64,000 bases of DNA from Promethearchaeota archaeon. Its GTDB lineage: Archaea > Asgardarchaeota > Heimdallarchaeia > Hodarchaeales > Hodarchaeaceae. The translations under genes and the position numbers were made by a program. Positions 28,705 through 38,396 of this stretch are shown piece by piece. Numbering within the stretch: the stretch's first letter is position 1; each line of letters starts with the position of its first letter. The notes below the pieces were generated by a model that worked only from the letters and a program-made list of their open reading frames with translations, was not told the origin of the DNA and searched no databases. The stretch lies in assembly GCA_048938105.1 (NCBI GenBank), contig JBHLMN010000003.1, positions 329,994 through 393,993 of the forward strand, written 5' to 3'.

Positions 28705-29796
28705 CTATAAATTTCGAATAATTGATTTGAGGAATGATGGATCTGTTAATATATCCGTACTATCAATGAATTCATTAACGGTGCCAATAGGGTACTTTAT
28801 TGCATTTAGAGGAGCAGATATTGTCTTTTCAAGTTCGTTTACAATAAAGTGAGTATCGATCACGGTTTGTGGTCGTTTGTGGTAAGACTGGGGTTTTAAA
28901 TTGAGAGGGGGAGTAATTTTCAATCTATTCTGTTTCTCAAGGAGAATGAGGTATGTTTCGCAAAGATATTCTTCCCTTTTCTTCCATTCTTTCTCCTCTA
29001 AGATTTTATGCAGTAAGGGCTCTAACTCTTTGCTGAGGGGGAGTTTTTTGAATACTAATCCAATCCATTTAGCATAGGGAATGTATTGCTTGGATATTAC
29101 AAAAGCTATCATTATAATATATCGTATAAGCCGTGATGCTTCAATTTGTGACCCTAAATCATCACCAACAATACCAGTTCTTCCCACAAAAGCAATTTCC
29201 TGATCAATATGCTTCCACAAGCTCATCAACTTGAATTTCCAAACATTTTCAGGATAATATTGGAGTTTTTTTCGTGCTTCTGTTAAATCCCCTACATCAT
29301 CATAAAAGACCCTTCCCGAGGTAAATTCCAGTAATTTCTGCTCTGGTAACATTAACCAAACTTTTTGAGTGAGATTTAAATTGGAAATGCCTAGATTCTT
29401 CTTAAGATATGATTTAACGTTGTGAATCTCAACTCTATGATTAATCGAACCTTTAGAGGTGGGAATTAACATTTGAGTCATATTATCTTGAGGATCAGGT
29501 TCACTCCAATTAGTTGAAAACCCTAGAAACTCAGGTGGAAGATTGTCTCGAAATATACTATCGAGTTTCCTAGTGTAACTTTGGTAATCCTCTTCATGTA
29601 AAAAAAGGAGTAATCTTGGACCCCAATGATGATCCCTTGATATATTATCATCATATCCAAGTACTTCAGAACCTGGGCCTATTAATGCTGCCGCATATCT
29701 TAGTTCGGGGAAATATTGGTTAATAAGATCCTTTATTATTTCTTTGTAAAATAATTCTGATAGTTGTAGCCCAGAAATATCCTTTTGGGACACCAT
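28705..29796 (-). CDS. DUF4037-family protein (nucleotidyltransferase-like fold)
   Basis: AALIGPGSEVLGYDDNISRDHHWGPR, WL.LPEQKLLEFTSGRVFYD, YYP, PYAKW. Confidence 0.8.
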   Translation of the reverse strand: MVSQKDISGLQLSELFYKEIIKDLINQYFPELRYAAALIGPGSEVLGYDDNISRDHHWGPRLLLFLHEEDYQSYTRKLDSIFRDNLPPEFLGFSTNWSEPDPQDNMTQMLIPTSKGSINHRVEIHNVKSYLKKNLGISNLNLTQKVWLMLPEQKLLEFTSGRVFYDDVGDLTEARKKLQYYPENVWKFKLMSLWKHIDQEIAFVGRTGIVGDDLGSQIEASRLIRYIIMIAFVISKQYIPYAKWIGLVFKKLPLSKELEPLLHKILEEKEWKKREEYLCETYLILLEKQNRLKITPPLNLKPQSYHKRPQTVIDTHFIVNELEKTISAPLNAIKYPIGTVNEFIDSTDILTDPSFLKSIIRNL

Positions 29797-29936
29797 GGTT
29801 ACACTTAATTCTATTTAATTAAAAAATGCTTTGTTATTTTACACATATTTGTTGGAAAGTCTTTTATTCACTTAAGATTATCGCTCCATTCATAAAAGGA
29901 CTTCTTAGCACAATCCAGTCCAGTTAATTCTTGTAA

Positions 29937-32222
29937 TTACCAACTCATTGGGCGTGCATTGGTGTCGACATATATCGGATCTTCAATAACCCAATCTAAA
30001 AAGAGAATAGCTGCAACACGTGAAGCAGCTTGTTCAGGGGTGAGAGGAGCATCAGAACCTCCCATCTCAGATGAAAACCACCCAGGAGCGATAGCTAAGA
30101 CTTTGATTTTCTCTTTTTTTAAGCGATTTTGTAATATTTGTGAAAACATATTCATAGCTGCTTTCGCCATGGTATACCCATATTCACTCTCTCTATATTG
30201 ATTACTTATGGAACCTGCCTCTGATGAAATATTGATAATTAGCTTTCTTTTCTGGCTTTTACGTATGAAAGGCAGAAAGTGTTTAATTACTTTCATTGTT
30301 CCAAGGACATTAGTTTCTATTGTTTTACTGATCACAGTGAAATCAAGTTCATCAATATCAGGTTTATTTCTCTCTAGATAGATGGCTGCCGAATTAATCA
30401 GGATATCAATGGTAGAGGTGAGGCGGGCTACTTCCTTCGTAGCCTGCATAAGCTCTTCTTCGTTGGTGACATCCACTGAAAAAAGATGGAGAGTGTTCTG
30501 GAACTTTGTCTTTAGATGTTCTAGTTCAGGAGTAAGATTAATATCAAAAGCATAAATTGTATGATCCTCATCCCTCTCGAGTAAGCTTTTTGTTAAGGCA
30601 AAACCAAGTCCCTTCCCTGCTCCTGTAATTAGGATTGTCATCTGTTTTTGAATAAGTGATCTTTTTCTCTCAGTTTCGTGTTTTATCTTAGCATAAAAAA
30701 GATATTCATCCTTACCTGGAATTAGTTCAACAGTTTGTCCATTGATTATTGCTTCCCCTTGTAGAATATTATTGGGAATAGAAATACTGCTATTTTCTAT
30801 CTTAGTATCATAATGAATCTGATCACCTGGTTTTACGGGAGGAGCAGGAATTCCTCTCAATCGACTTCTAATTTGCTGTTGTGCTATAACTGTTCCTCGA
30901 ATTGCCTTTGCCAGCTCTCTTTCAAATTCTTCAGCATTTTCAAACCCAATGGTGGTCAAGAATTTCTCTTTATCCACTGAAACGAGTACTTCTTGTAATT
31001 TTTTCCATTCATCCATTCCCATTCGATGAAATTTCATCCCAGAGAGGCTTATTTCACGCCTATTCGTATCCTTTGCTTTCATGGTTCCTGTTCTTTGCTG
31101 TGAACGTTGTCGGCCCTTAGAGTTTTGATCCCATTTTTGCCATTTCTTAGATTTTGTTTGTTTAATAAGCATCTCATGCTTGTTTAAATGAAAAAGAAAG
31201 ATTCCTGTTTTACTTTCTAAATCTAGACTGAATGGAAGCCGAAAAATTAAATCACCTTTAGAAAAAATTATCTGTTCATTCGCTTTCCGTATCGTGATTC
31301 TTTGGTTGATCTCATAATACTCATTGAAAGTAGAAATAGTCTCCATTGAAGCCATTCCTTGAACCTCCTCGAGTACTTGAGGAACAAGGGTTTTACCTTC
31401 TTGGACACGGCTTTCAATAACTCCACTTGACAAAAGTAATTTCGTTGTACTTGTACTAAAGGACATAATTGCCATAAAAATGGCAAAACCAATTAAACCT
31501 AGTACAACTAGATTATGAAGATCCATTTGATCAAGTAAGATAAAGATAATAGTTAATAAAATCCATTTTATGGCTTCTAAAGGACCTGAGAACAGGGATC
31601 CGAGCAATTTGATCGGGTTTAGGATAATATCAAGATAATCTAACTTTACAAGACGATAATAATAGAATACTACTAAATTAAAATAACCAATGAATAGAAA
31701 AAGCCCAACAGTAACCTCTGATAAGAATTGAAGTTCACGTAAGCCAGTTAAAAAGAGGAGTATTACTGTTAATTTCCATACATTTAGTAAGAGATTACTA
31801 TAGAAAGGAGGGAGGTTAAAGATTATTTCTTGGGAATGTTTTTTAGGTGAAATGAGAAACCAGACGAGAAAAATAATTGCTAAATAGAGAACCATTATTT
31901 CATTAACTTGAAGATCAAGACCAAGGTCATCAAGAATAGCATTTTTTTGTCCATAAATTCCAAAACAAATAATCCATGCTACAAGAAATCCCATAATTCC
32001 CCCCTCTAATTCTAAGGCATTTTTCTTTCGAGCGATTATACGGGATGTAATCGTGGTTAAAAGATTCAATCCTCCCATAACAAGGAAGATTAGGGGATTT
32101 TGTTGTGAAATAGTTATAATTATCCATCCTAAGGCAAATAAAATCCCTAGTGTGGTTAACCATTTGGGTTTAATTTTCAGGGGTTGATCAAGACTAGGAT
32201 TAGAAGTGATTCTTTCTACCAA
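29937..32222 (-). CDS. multi-pass membrane protein in frame with a C-terminal SDR oxidoreductase (SDR part 29937-30641)
   Basis: Several N-terminal hydrophobic helices, soluble middle domain, then MTILITGAGKGLG...SSEAGS...YTMAK...PGWFSS. Confidence 0.7.
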   Translation of the reverse strand: MVERITSNPSLDQPLKIKPKWLTTLGILFALGWIIITISQQNPLIFLVMGGLNLLTTITSRIIARKKNALELEGGIMGFLVAWIICFGIYGQKNAILDDLGLDLQVNEIMVLYLAIIFLVWFLISPKKHSQEIIFNLPPFYSNLLLNVWKLTVILLFLTGLRELQFLSEVTVGLFLFIGYFNLVVFYYYRLVKLDYLDIILNPIKLLGSLFSGPLEAIKWILLTIIFILLDQMDLHNLVVLGLIGFAIFMAIMSFSTSTTKLLLSSGVIESRVQEGKTLVPQVLEEVQGMASMETISTFNEYYEINQRITIRKANEQIIFSKGDLIFRLPFSLDLESKTGIFLFHLNKHEMLIKQTKSKKWQKWDQNSKGRQRSQQRTGTMKAKDTNRREISLSGMKFHRMGMDEWKKLQEVLVSVDKEKFLTTIGFENAEEFERELAKAIRGTVIAQQQIRSRLRGIPAPPVKPGDQIHYDTKIENSSISIPNNILQGEAIINGQTVELIPGKDEYLFYAKIKHETERKRSLIQKQMTILITGAGKGLGFALTKSLLERDEDHTIYAFDINLTPELEHLKTKFQNTLHLFSVDVTNEEELMQATKEVARLTSTIDILINSAAIYLERNKPDIDELDFTVISKTIETNVLGTMKVIKHFLPFIRKSQKRKLIINISSEAGSISNQYRESEYGYTMAKAAMNMFSQILQNRLKKEKIKVLAIAPGWFSSEMGGSDAPLTPEQAASRVAAILFLDWVIEDPIYVDTNARPMSW

Positions 32223-32369
32223 GGCCAGTTCCTCTTACATAAGAGAGGAAAAACATGTGTGTTTTAATAACTCCGATAGTGGAATACTAAAAAATAGAGA
32301 AAATTCACTTATTGAGATAAAATCTTTTTCTCCTATAGGTTATGAAAAGATTGTGATTCCCTATTACGC

Positions 32370-33110
32370 TTATTCCATTGCTTTCCTTTTCATTTCTGCT
32401 GGCATTTTCTCAATAGAATAACGTAATGACACTCGGGGCATTGTACTTTTATTTGCCAATACATAATGGAAAACTTCCTCCCTGAATTTATTACTGGCTT
32501 CTTTTAACATCCACCCATATCCTTTGAGAACATAGATATTGGGATCATTGAGTAAAGTACTCGCTACCTCAAAACAATGATCAAGATATTTTTCTCTCCT
32601 TAAGGCATAAATGAATGATACTGCAGCTGCACGTCTGACCCAGGGATTCGATGATTGAGTCCATTGTTTTACTTTAGGTATGAATTCAGGGTAGTGCAGA
32701 AGAAAATCCCCCATAGTTCTTGTACAAAATGAGTCACAGCTTCCCCAACTAGTGATATATGTTTTAATCCAAGATTCTAGAACGTTAAAATGACTGGGTT
32801 CATATTGCTTTTTAACCTTAAAACTCCAATCTGTTGCAATGAGCCTCAACTCAGTAACTTTTTCAGAATATAGATGTTCACAGACTTTAAACACGGCATT
32901 TACGTCTTTTATTCCTTTTCCTCTCAATTCTTTCCAGTATGGGGATGCAACCTTACGAACAGCGGGAATACGAATTCCCAATCGTTTGTATCCATATTCA
33001 TCTATTGTTTCATGAATAGCTCCGTAAAAAAATTCTTTATTGACTTTTTTTAAATCAGTAAGCACTCTTGTTGTCAAATCATTAAGATAAGAAGCACTTA
33101 CTCCTTTCAA
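32370..33110 (-). CDS. DNA alkylation repair protein (AlkD-like HEAT repeat family)
   Basis: GIRIPAVRK, W..CD, W..S.NPWVRRAA, YVLKGYGWMLKE, MPRVSLRYSIEKMP. Confidence 0.85.
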   Translation of the reverse strand: MKGVSASYLNDLTTRVLTDLKKVNKEFFYGAIHETIDEYGYKRLGIRIPAVRKVASPYWKELRGKGIKDVNAVFKVCEHLYSEKVTELRLIATDWSFKVKKQYEPSHFNVLESWIKTYITSWGSCDSFCTRTMGDFLLHYPEFIPKVKQWTQSSNPWVRRAAAVSFIYALRREKYLDHCFEVASTLLNDPNIYVLKGYGWMLKEASNKFREEVFHYVLANKSTMPRVSLRYSIEKMPAEMKRKAME

Positions 33111-33203
33111 GGGATATAACCTTCATTGTCATTTTTATGTAATTTCGTTTAAAATATTAATGTTGAGACCACCTCATCAGCACAACTAAACCAATTGTGA
33201 CTT

Positions 33204-34178
33204 ATGATGATCTTTAATGATAGAAAAATCAAGAATATTGTAGAACATTTTGATGTTGGACACCTTCACAAGGTAATAACAAGGCTCGATAGTGGATTTC
33301 AAAGTGATAATTACCATATTCGAACAGATAAAGGAGACTATATTCTTCGGCTTATCTATGATTCAGTCAAAAATATAGAATATATCATGGAAATTTATGA
33401 TTATTTCGCTGATCATGGTATTAAAACATCAAAACCAGTAAAAACTAAGGAAGGGACATTCAGTCTTTTATATGAAAATAATGTCGTAGTTGTCCAATCT
33501 TTTATAGCTGGCTCTTATTATGAATCGTTAGATAAAATAGATTCAGTACTTCCATTCTATGGTAGAGAATTAGGTAAGTTCCATCAAGTATCCCTTAAAA
33601 TGGTAGAAGAAAAAGGTGAAAAGAGGCTTTCAGCTAAACAATGGGACTCAATTTTATACGTTAAAGCCAGTAGAGACTACTTACCAAACAATGACTATAT
33701 AAAACAACAATATGAATTATGGGAAAGAGACATTGGTTTTTTTCCTGAAGATCAGCTTACCAAGGCGGTCATTCACGGCGATGTAGGGCCTAAAGATTTC
33801 TTCTTTAAGGATGGGAATTTTATGGGAATAATTGACTTTAATGCTGCTCATTTAGATTTCCTCCTCTTTGATATAGCTCCTATGATGATGTATTCTGATT
33901 TATACAAACCTGAACGAAAAAAACACTATAATACTTTTATTACTGCTTATCTAGAGGAGGCACCCATAACAATAGAGGAATTAAAATGGTTACACCTCGT
34001 ACTCAGAACTAGATGGTTATTACAAATACTTTATCATCAATCTAGATACGAGGAGGGAATAACGCAAGGATTGGAAACTGGAAAAGTAGAAGAAAATTTA
34101 ATTGGGGTGCGAGATGGGGAAAATTTTCTGAAAATAACAAATAAAACTTCCAAAGATTCCTATGCTATTATTGAGTAG
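33204..34178 (+). CDS. aminoglycoside phosphotransferase / type II homoserine kinase-like kinase
   Basis: GFQSDNY, YILR, LGKFH, IHGDV Brenner motif, IIDF. Confidence 0.8.
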   Translation: MMIFNDRKIKNIVEHFDVGHLHKVITRLDSGFQSDNYHIRTDKGDYILRLIYDSVKNIEYIMEIYDYFADHGIKTSKPVKTKEGTFSLLYENNVVVVQSFIAGSYYESLDKIDSVLPFYGRELGKFHQVSLKMVEEKGEKRLSAKQWDSILYVKASRDYLPNNDYIKQQYELWERDIGFFPEDQLTKAVIHGDVGPKDFFFKDGNFMGIIDFNAAHLDFLLFDIAPMMMYSDLYKPERKKHYNTFITAYLEEAPITIEELKWLHLVLRTRWLLQILYHQSRYEEGITQGLETGKVEENLIGVRDGENFLKITNKTSKDSYAIIE

Positions 34179-35505
34179 AAAGCTGATTCATGATTTCTGC
34201 ATGAGCTGATATAATGTCTAAGGTTGAATTATCCTTGTTATAAACCGAATACCAACCAGGGGTCTCATGAGGTGGATCGCCAATCCATTTATCACCTGGT
34301 CTAGATTGTCCCGCCCATGCCCAAAAATTACTACCGACAAGACGACCTCCAGAGGCTGCAGAATTATACACTTCATCATAGACTGCTAAATAAAATGTAT
34401 CACGATATATTGTACTTGAATCTGGGTTATAAATGTCCTGATAAGAACTCCAATCGCGAGCAAGTCCAAATTCCTCCACTACTAGAGGTTTGTTCAATGA
34501 ATTAGCAATCGCTAGATTATTTTGTAAATAACTAAGGGATTTGGATTCAGCACTTTCATAAGTCCAAGGAGAATCTGGAGAATACCATCCCCAGTTTTGT
34601 GGCCAAACATGGACAGTTAAATAATTAATGAACGAAATATCGTGGACTCCACTATAATTTAAACCATCCCATTCATGATCCCCCTCACATCCAGTAGTGA
34701 CCATGTGGTTTGGATCCAATGATTTTATGTATTCTGCAGTATCAGAGCTCCATTTTATAGGAAAATTACGTGGTTCATTGGCAAGTTCCCAGGAGAAGAT
34801 TGTAGGATCCTCATAATACTTTAATCCAGTATAAGGATTTGTATGGTTGATAATTGTTTGAATATGATTCTTATACCATGTTTGACATTCCTCATAATTG
34901 TAAAATCGCGATGAATACGTAATGAAAGTATTCCAATCATTTTCAGGAGGGTATGGAATGGAAGAATTTTCATACCAAGAAACATATTGGGCCATTCCTC
35001 CTGACCATTGCCAATAATTGTTGAGAACCATTACAGCTTTCATTCTCCTTAATTTGATCTGTTTTAAAAGATAATCCAAACCATCAAGAACAGATGCATC
35101 ATATTCACCAGGGGAAATAAGTAAGGCTGGAGTAATTCGATAAGGTTCTGAATTTGGCCCTTCTGAAGTAGCCATAATTCGCAGATTTGTCACTCCCAGC
35201 TGCTTTAACGAATCTAACTCGAGATTGAGACGAGTTCGGTTTCCATTAGGCCCATCTATCGCTAAAATCATTCCTTGCCAAAAATTAGCACCAGCAAAAT
35301 AATATTTACTTCTATTAACTACAAATTGATTATTATAGACCGATACAAAAAGTGAGTTTGGGATATCATTCTCATTAGAATCTTGTTGAGGGTTTATTAA
35401 TTCAAAAAGGAGTCCAAGACTTATTATCGTAATACAAATAGCTACAATAATTATAAATGATATAAAATAGATCATACGATGATTTATTTTTGCAGAATTC
35501 ATCAA
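34168..35505 (-). CDS. GH5 (subfamily 7-like) beta-1,4-mannanase/mannosidase with N-terminal membrane anchor
   Basis: FAGANFW, LGVTNLRI, LNNYWQWSGGMAQYVSW, SWELANEPR, LDPNHMVTTG, HVWPQNWGW, VEEFGLARD, NFWAWAG, GDPPHE.PGWYSVY. Confidence 0.88.
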   Translation of the reverse strand: MMNSAKINHRMIYFISFIIIVAICITIISLGLLFELINPQQDSNENDIPNSLFVSVYNNQFVVNRSKYYFAGANFWQGMILAIDGPNGNRTRLNLELDSLKQLGVTNLRIMATSEGPNSEPYRITPALLISPGEYDASVLDGLDYLLKQIKLRRMKAVMVLNNYWQWSGGMAQYVSWYENSSIPYPPENDWNTFITYSSRFYNYEECQTWYKNHIQTIINHTNPYTGLKYYEDPTIFSWELANEPRNFPIKWSSDTAEYIKSLDPNHMVTTGCEGDHEWDGLNYSGVHDISFINYLTVHVWPQNWGWYSPDSPWTYESAESKSLSYLQNNLAIANSLNKPLVVEEFGLARDWSSYQDIYNPDSSTIYRDTFYLAVYDEVYNSAASGGRLVGSNFWAWAGQSRPGDKWIGDPPHETPGWYSVYNKDNSTLDIISAHAEIMNQLSTQ

Positions 35506-35616
35506 TAATATCCAAACAATGAATGTATTAAACTAATCGTATGTTAAATTAATAAAAACCTAGATTGATACTAATTCTTACTAATACATGATCTAGAGAT
35601 TTTCCTTCCTTTCCTA

Positions 35617-35937
35617 CTATCCATAGATGGTAGGTTCGTCAAGACGTTCAATTTTAAAAATAACTGGTCTAAAACCATCGCTGCAACATGCAATTGAGGT
35701 TTTCTCATCTTTCATCCAACCAGAATACATTGTACCTTCAACAGTCTGAGCAATTACTGTTTTATAAATATCATTCCAAGCCCAAGGACAAAAACCTTCA
35801 GGAGGCTTAAAAGGGTCGATAATGAATTCTTGTCCTTCAGTAAAAACTTCACATGGTTTAATGTCGCCAGTTGCGTATTCATTAATTAAATCTTTTAACA
35901 ATGTCTTTTTTAACACAGTAATTTTCACTTTTTTCAT
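35617..35937 (-). CDS. TIGR04076-family protein
   Basis: KVKITVLK, PCEVFTEGQEF, PEGFCPWAW, IACCSDGFRPVIFKIER; ATG 35937 after GGTGA. Confidence 0.85.
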   Translation of the reverse strand: MKKVKITVLKKTLLKDLINEYATGDIKPCEVFTEGQEFIIDPFKPPEGFCPWAWNDIYKTVIAQTVEGTMYSGWMKDEKTSIACCSDGFRPVIFKIERLDEPTIYG

Positions 35938-36097
35938 GAGATTCACCTTTGAAATAACAATAAAATTTATTTTGAATGTCTTCCAGATTTTCAACCCATA
36001 AATAGTTTTGACTTATAATTAATCACTTGAAAACCAAATAGATTCAAAAAATTAATTTCATTCGTGATTTAGAGTTATAAAATACTTTCTTTTTTTT

Positions 36098-37090
36098 TCA
36101 CCAACAATGATGGACTAAAGGACGAATATATTCATTATAGATCTGTTCTACTCCGTTCATTTGTCTCTCGGTTAATGGGGCAAGATTAGCCGCTTTAACA
36201 TTCATTTCAACGTGAGAGACTTTGCTAGCTCCTGGGATAACACAACTTACTTCATCAAACATTAATATCCAACGAAGAGCATAGAGAGCTAGATTTTCTG
36301 GGTCAGGAAAAAGATCCTTTAGGTTTTCAACGGCTGTCAGTCCCATATTATAGTCAACTCCTGAGAATGTTTCTCCCTTATCAAATGCTTGACCGTCTCT
36401 ATTGAAAAATCTATGATCATTTTTATTAAATACAGTATGTTTGGTGAACTTTCCTGTAAGTAAACCGCTAGCTAGGGGGACCCTAGCAATTATACCAACA
36501 TTTCTCTTCTTTGCTTCTTTAAAAACCTTTTCTGCAGGCTTCAAACGAAATATATTGAAGATGATCTGAACTGTGGCAACATTTGAGAACTCCATTGCCT
36601 TTAATGCTTCTTCTACCTTTTCAACACTGACTCCATAGTGATGGATTTTTCCTTCTTCTTTCAAAGTATCTAATAACTCAAAGACCTCTAAATTATTGTA
36701 AACCTCTGGAGGAGGGCAATGGAGTTGAAGAAGATCAATTCTATCGGCCTGAAGTCTTTTTTTACTATTTTCAATAAAATTCCTTATATTTTCTTCATTG
36801 TAACCTTCTGCTATGTGAGGGTTTAACAATCTGCCGCTTTTTGTTGCAACATAGACTTTCTCATTCGTACTGTTTAACACTTGACCAATTGATTTCTCAC
36901 TTTGGCCAGCTTTTTCGCCATATACATCTGCTGTGTCAATAAAGTTGATTCCTAAAGCAATCGCTTTGTTTAATATTATTTCCGCGTTTTTATAATCAAA
37001 AGGCTCTCCCCATCTTCCCCCTACTTGCCACGTTCCTAAACTAACTTCAGAGACTTTATATCCAGTTTTACCAAGTCTTCTATATTTCAT
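36098..37090 (-). CDS. aldo/keto reductase
   Basis: YRRLGKTG.KVSEVSLGTWQ, GINFIDTADVYG, VATK, DLLQLH, ARVPLASGLLTGKF, VIPGA. Confidence 0.92.
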   Translation of the reverse strand: MKYRRLGKTGYKVSEVSLGTWQVGGRWGEPFDYKNAEIILNKAIALGINFIDTADVYGEKAGQSEKSIGQVLNSTNEKVYVATKSGRLLNPHIAEGYNEENIRNFIENSKKRLQADRIDLLQLHCPPPEVYNNLEVFELLDTLKEEGKIHHYGVSVEKVEEALKAMEFSNVATVQIIFNIFRLKPAEKVFKEAKKRNVGIIARVPLASGLLTGKFTKHTVFNKNDHRFFNRDGQAFDKGETFSGVDYNMGLTAVENLKDLFPDPENLALYALRWILMFDEVSCVIPGASKVSHVEMNVKAANLAPLTERQMNGVEQIYNEYIRPLVHHCW

Positions 37091-37320
37091 AATAATAATC
37101 ACTTTACTTCTATTCAAAGGAACTCAAGAGTCACATTAAATTAATTATTCCAATGTTTTATTGAATAAAATGATCCTAAAACAGGATATCTAGTAAACTT
37201 AAAAATTTGTTTCATAAAGCCAAGACCATTTTAAATCCGAGTTTAACTAGAAAAAAACAATGCTTCTAATCACTTTATTTCAATAATCTTTTTTAGATTT
37301 AACTAAATCTATGTTATGGG

Positions 37321-38115
37321 ATGCTAATGTATGGTTCAAAGACTGAAGATCCTATAGTGAAATATTATGATGAAACAGTGGGTACAAGTGGAAGATATGA
37401 AATGGAATGGTATCTTACAAAAGCTCATTCTTTCGGAGACCCAATTCTTGATATTGCCTGTGGAACTGGGAGAATGTCCATACTACTTGCAAAAGAAGGA
37501 CACGATGTTGTTGCGTTTGACCGATCGGAAGGAATGCTTACTCGCTTCCATGAAAAACTTTCAAGAGAACCTATCGAAATTAAGAATAGAGTGCAGATTT
37601 TTCAACAAAATATGGATAATTTTTCTTTTAAAGAAAAGTTTAACACAATTATTTGTGTTGATAGTTTTTTTCATAATTTATCTGAGCAAGAAGCATTAAA
37701 GTGCTTAAAATGTGTCTCCCAACATCTAACTTCGCAAGGAAGATTTCTTTTCAATGTACCAAATCCAAATCAAGAATTCTTACAGAAATGTCTGGAATCT
37801 CAAGGGAAAATTTGGAATATTAGAAACAAATATCCATTAGGAAATTCAGGAAAAACAATTAAAGTTGAAGATGCATCAGCTGCGGATATACAAGCACAAT
37901 TGATATTCACAAAGCTTCGATTTACGTGTTTTGATTCTGAAGGTAACATTATTGAAAGAACTGAATCAAGTTGGACAACTCGATATATGTACGAAGACCA
38001 ATACCTCACCTTAATTGAAGCAAGCGGACTAGAGGTAGAATTAATTGTTGGAACTTATCAAAACGAACCAGTTTCACCCACATCCCAATTAATTTTCCAA
38101 TTAAAATTAAAATGA
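37321..38115 (+). CDS. class I SAM-dependent methyltransferase
   Basis: ILDIACGTGR, FDRSEGML, QNM..F, SFFH, HL...GRFLF. Confidence 0.88.
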   Translation: MLMYGSKTEDPIVKYYDETVGTSGRYEMEWYLTKAHSFGDPILDIACGTGRMSILLAKEGHDVVAFDRSEGMLTRFHEKLSREPIEIKNRVQIFQQNMDNFSFKEKFNTIICVDSFFHNLSEQEALKCLKCVSQHLTSQGRFLFNVPNPNQEFLQKCLESQGKIWNIRNKYPLGNSGKTIKVEDASAADIQAQLIFTKLRFTCFDSEGNIIERTESSWTTRYMYEDQYLTLIEASGLEVELIVGTYQNEPVSPTSQLIFQLKLK

Positions 38116-38164
38116 CGATAATTCCGTAGATTTTTATCTAAGACTGGTTGGGGTTTAAAGAATG

Positions 38165-38184
38165 AACCAATGCTTGGTTTTTTT
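38165..38184 (+). terminator. hairpin plus T-run terminator after the methyltransferase
   Basis: AACCAA-tgc-TTGGTT followed by TTTTT. Confidence 0.45.
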
Positions 38185-38396
38185 GTAATAGTAGATAGAA
38201 TTTTGAGTACTATAGCCCTAAATCCGAAAGATTTTTTAGGTGTCAGTTATAGAGGGCGAATGTGTTAACAAATGCACACTAATGGGAGGTACTCTCAATT
38301 GCTAGTAAATATTAGCATAAAGATAGAGTTGATAAGATGATAAACGACATTAGTTGTGCCAGATAGAGCTTAAAAGGATTAAATCTGCTGATATAA

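Noticed and set aside
8950-35600. Recurrent TTAACAT/ATGTTA and CATG words upstream of several glycan genes
   Set aside because: Short and AT-rich with no consistent spacing; cannot be distinguished from chance by eye
38187-38196. 10-nt match (AATAGTAGAT) to the reverse complement of the predicted orphan guide
   Set aside because: Too short in AT-rich DNA, and flanks do not extend the match
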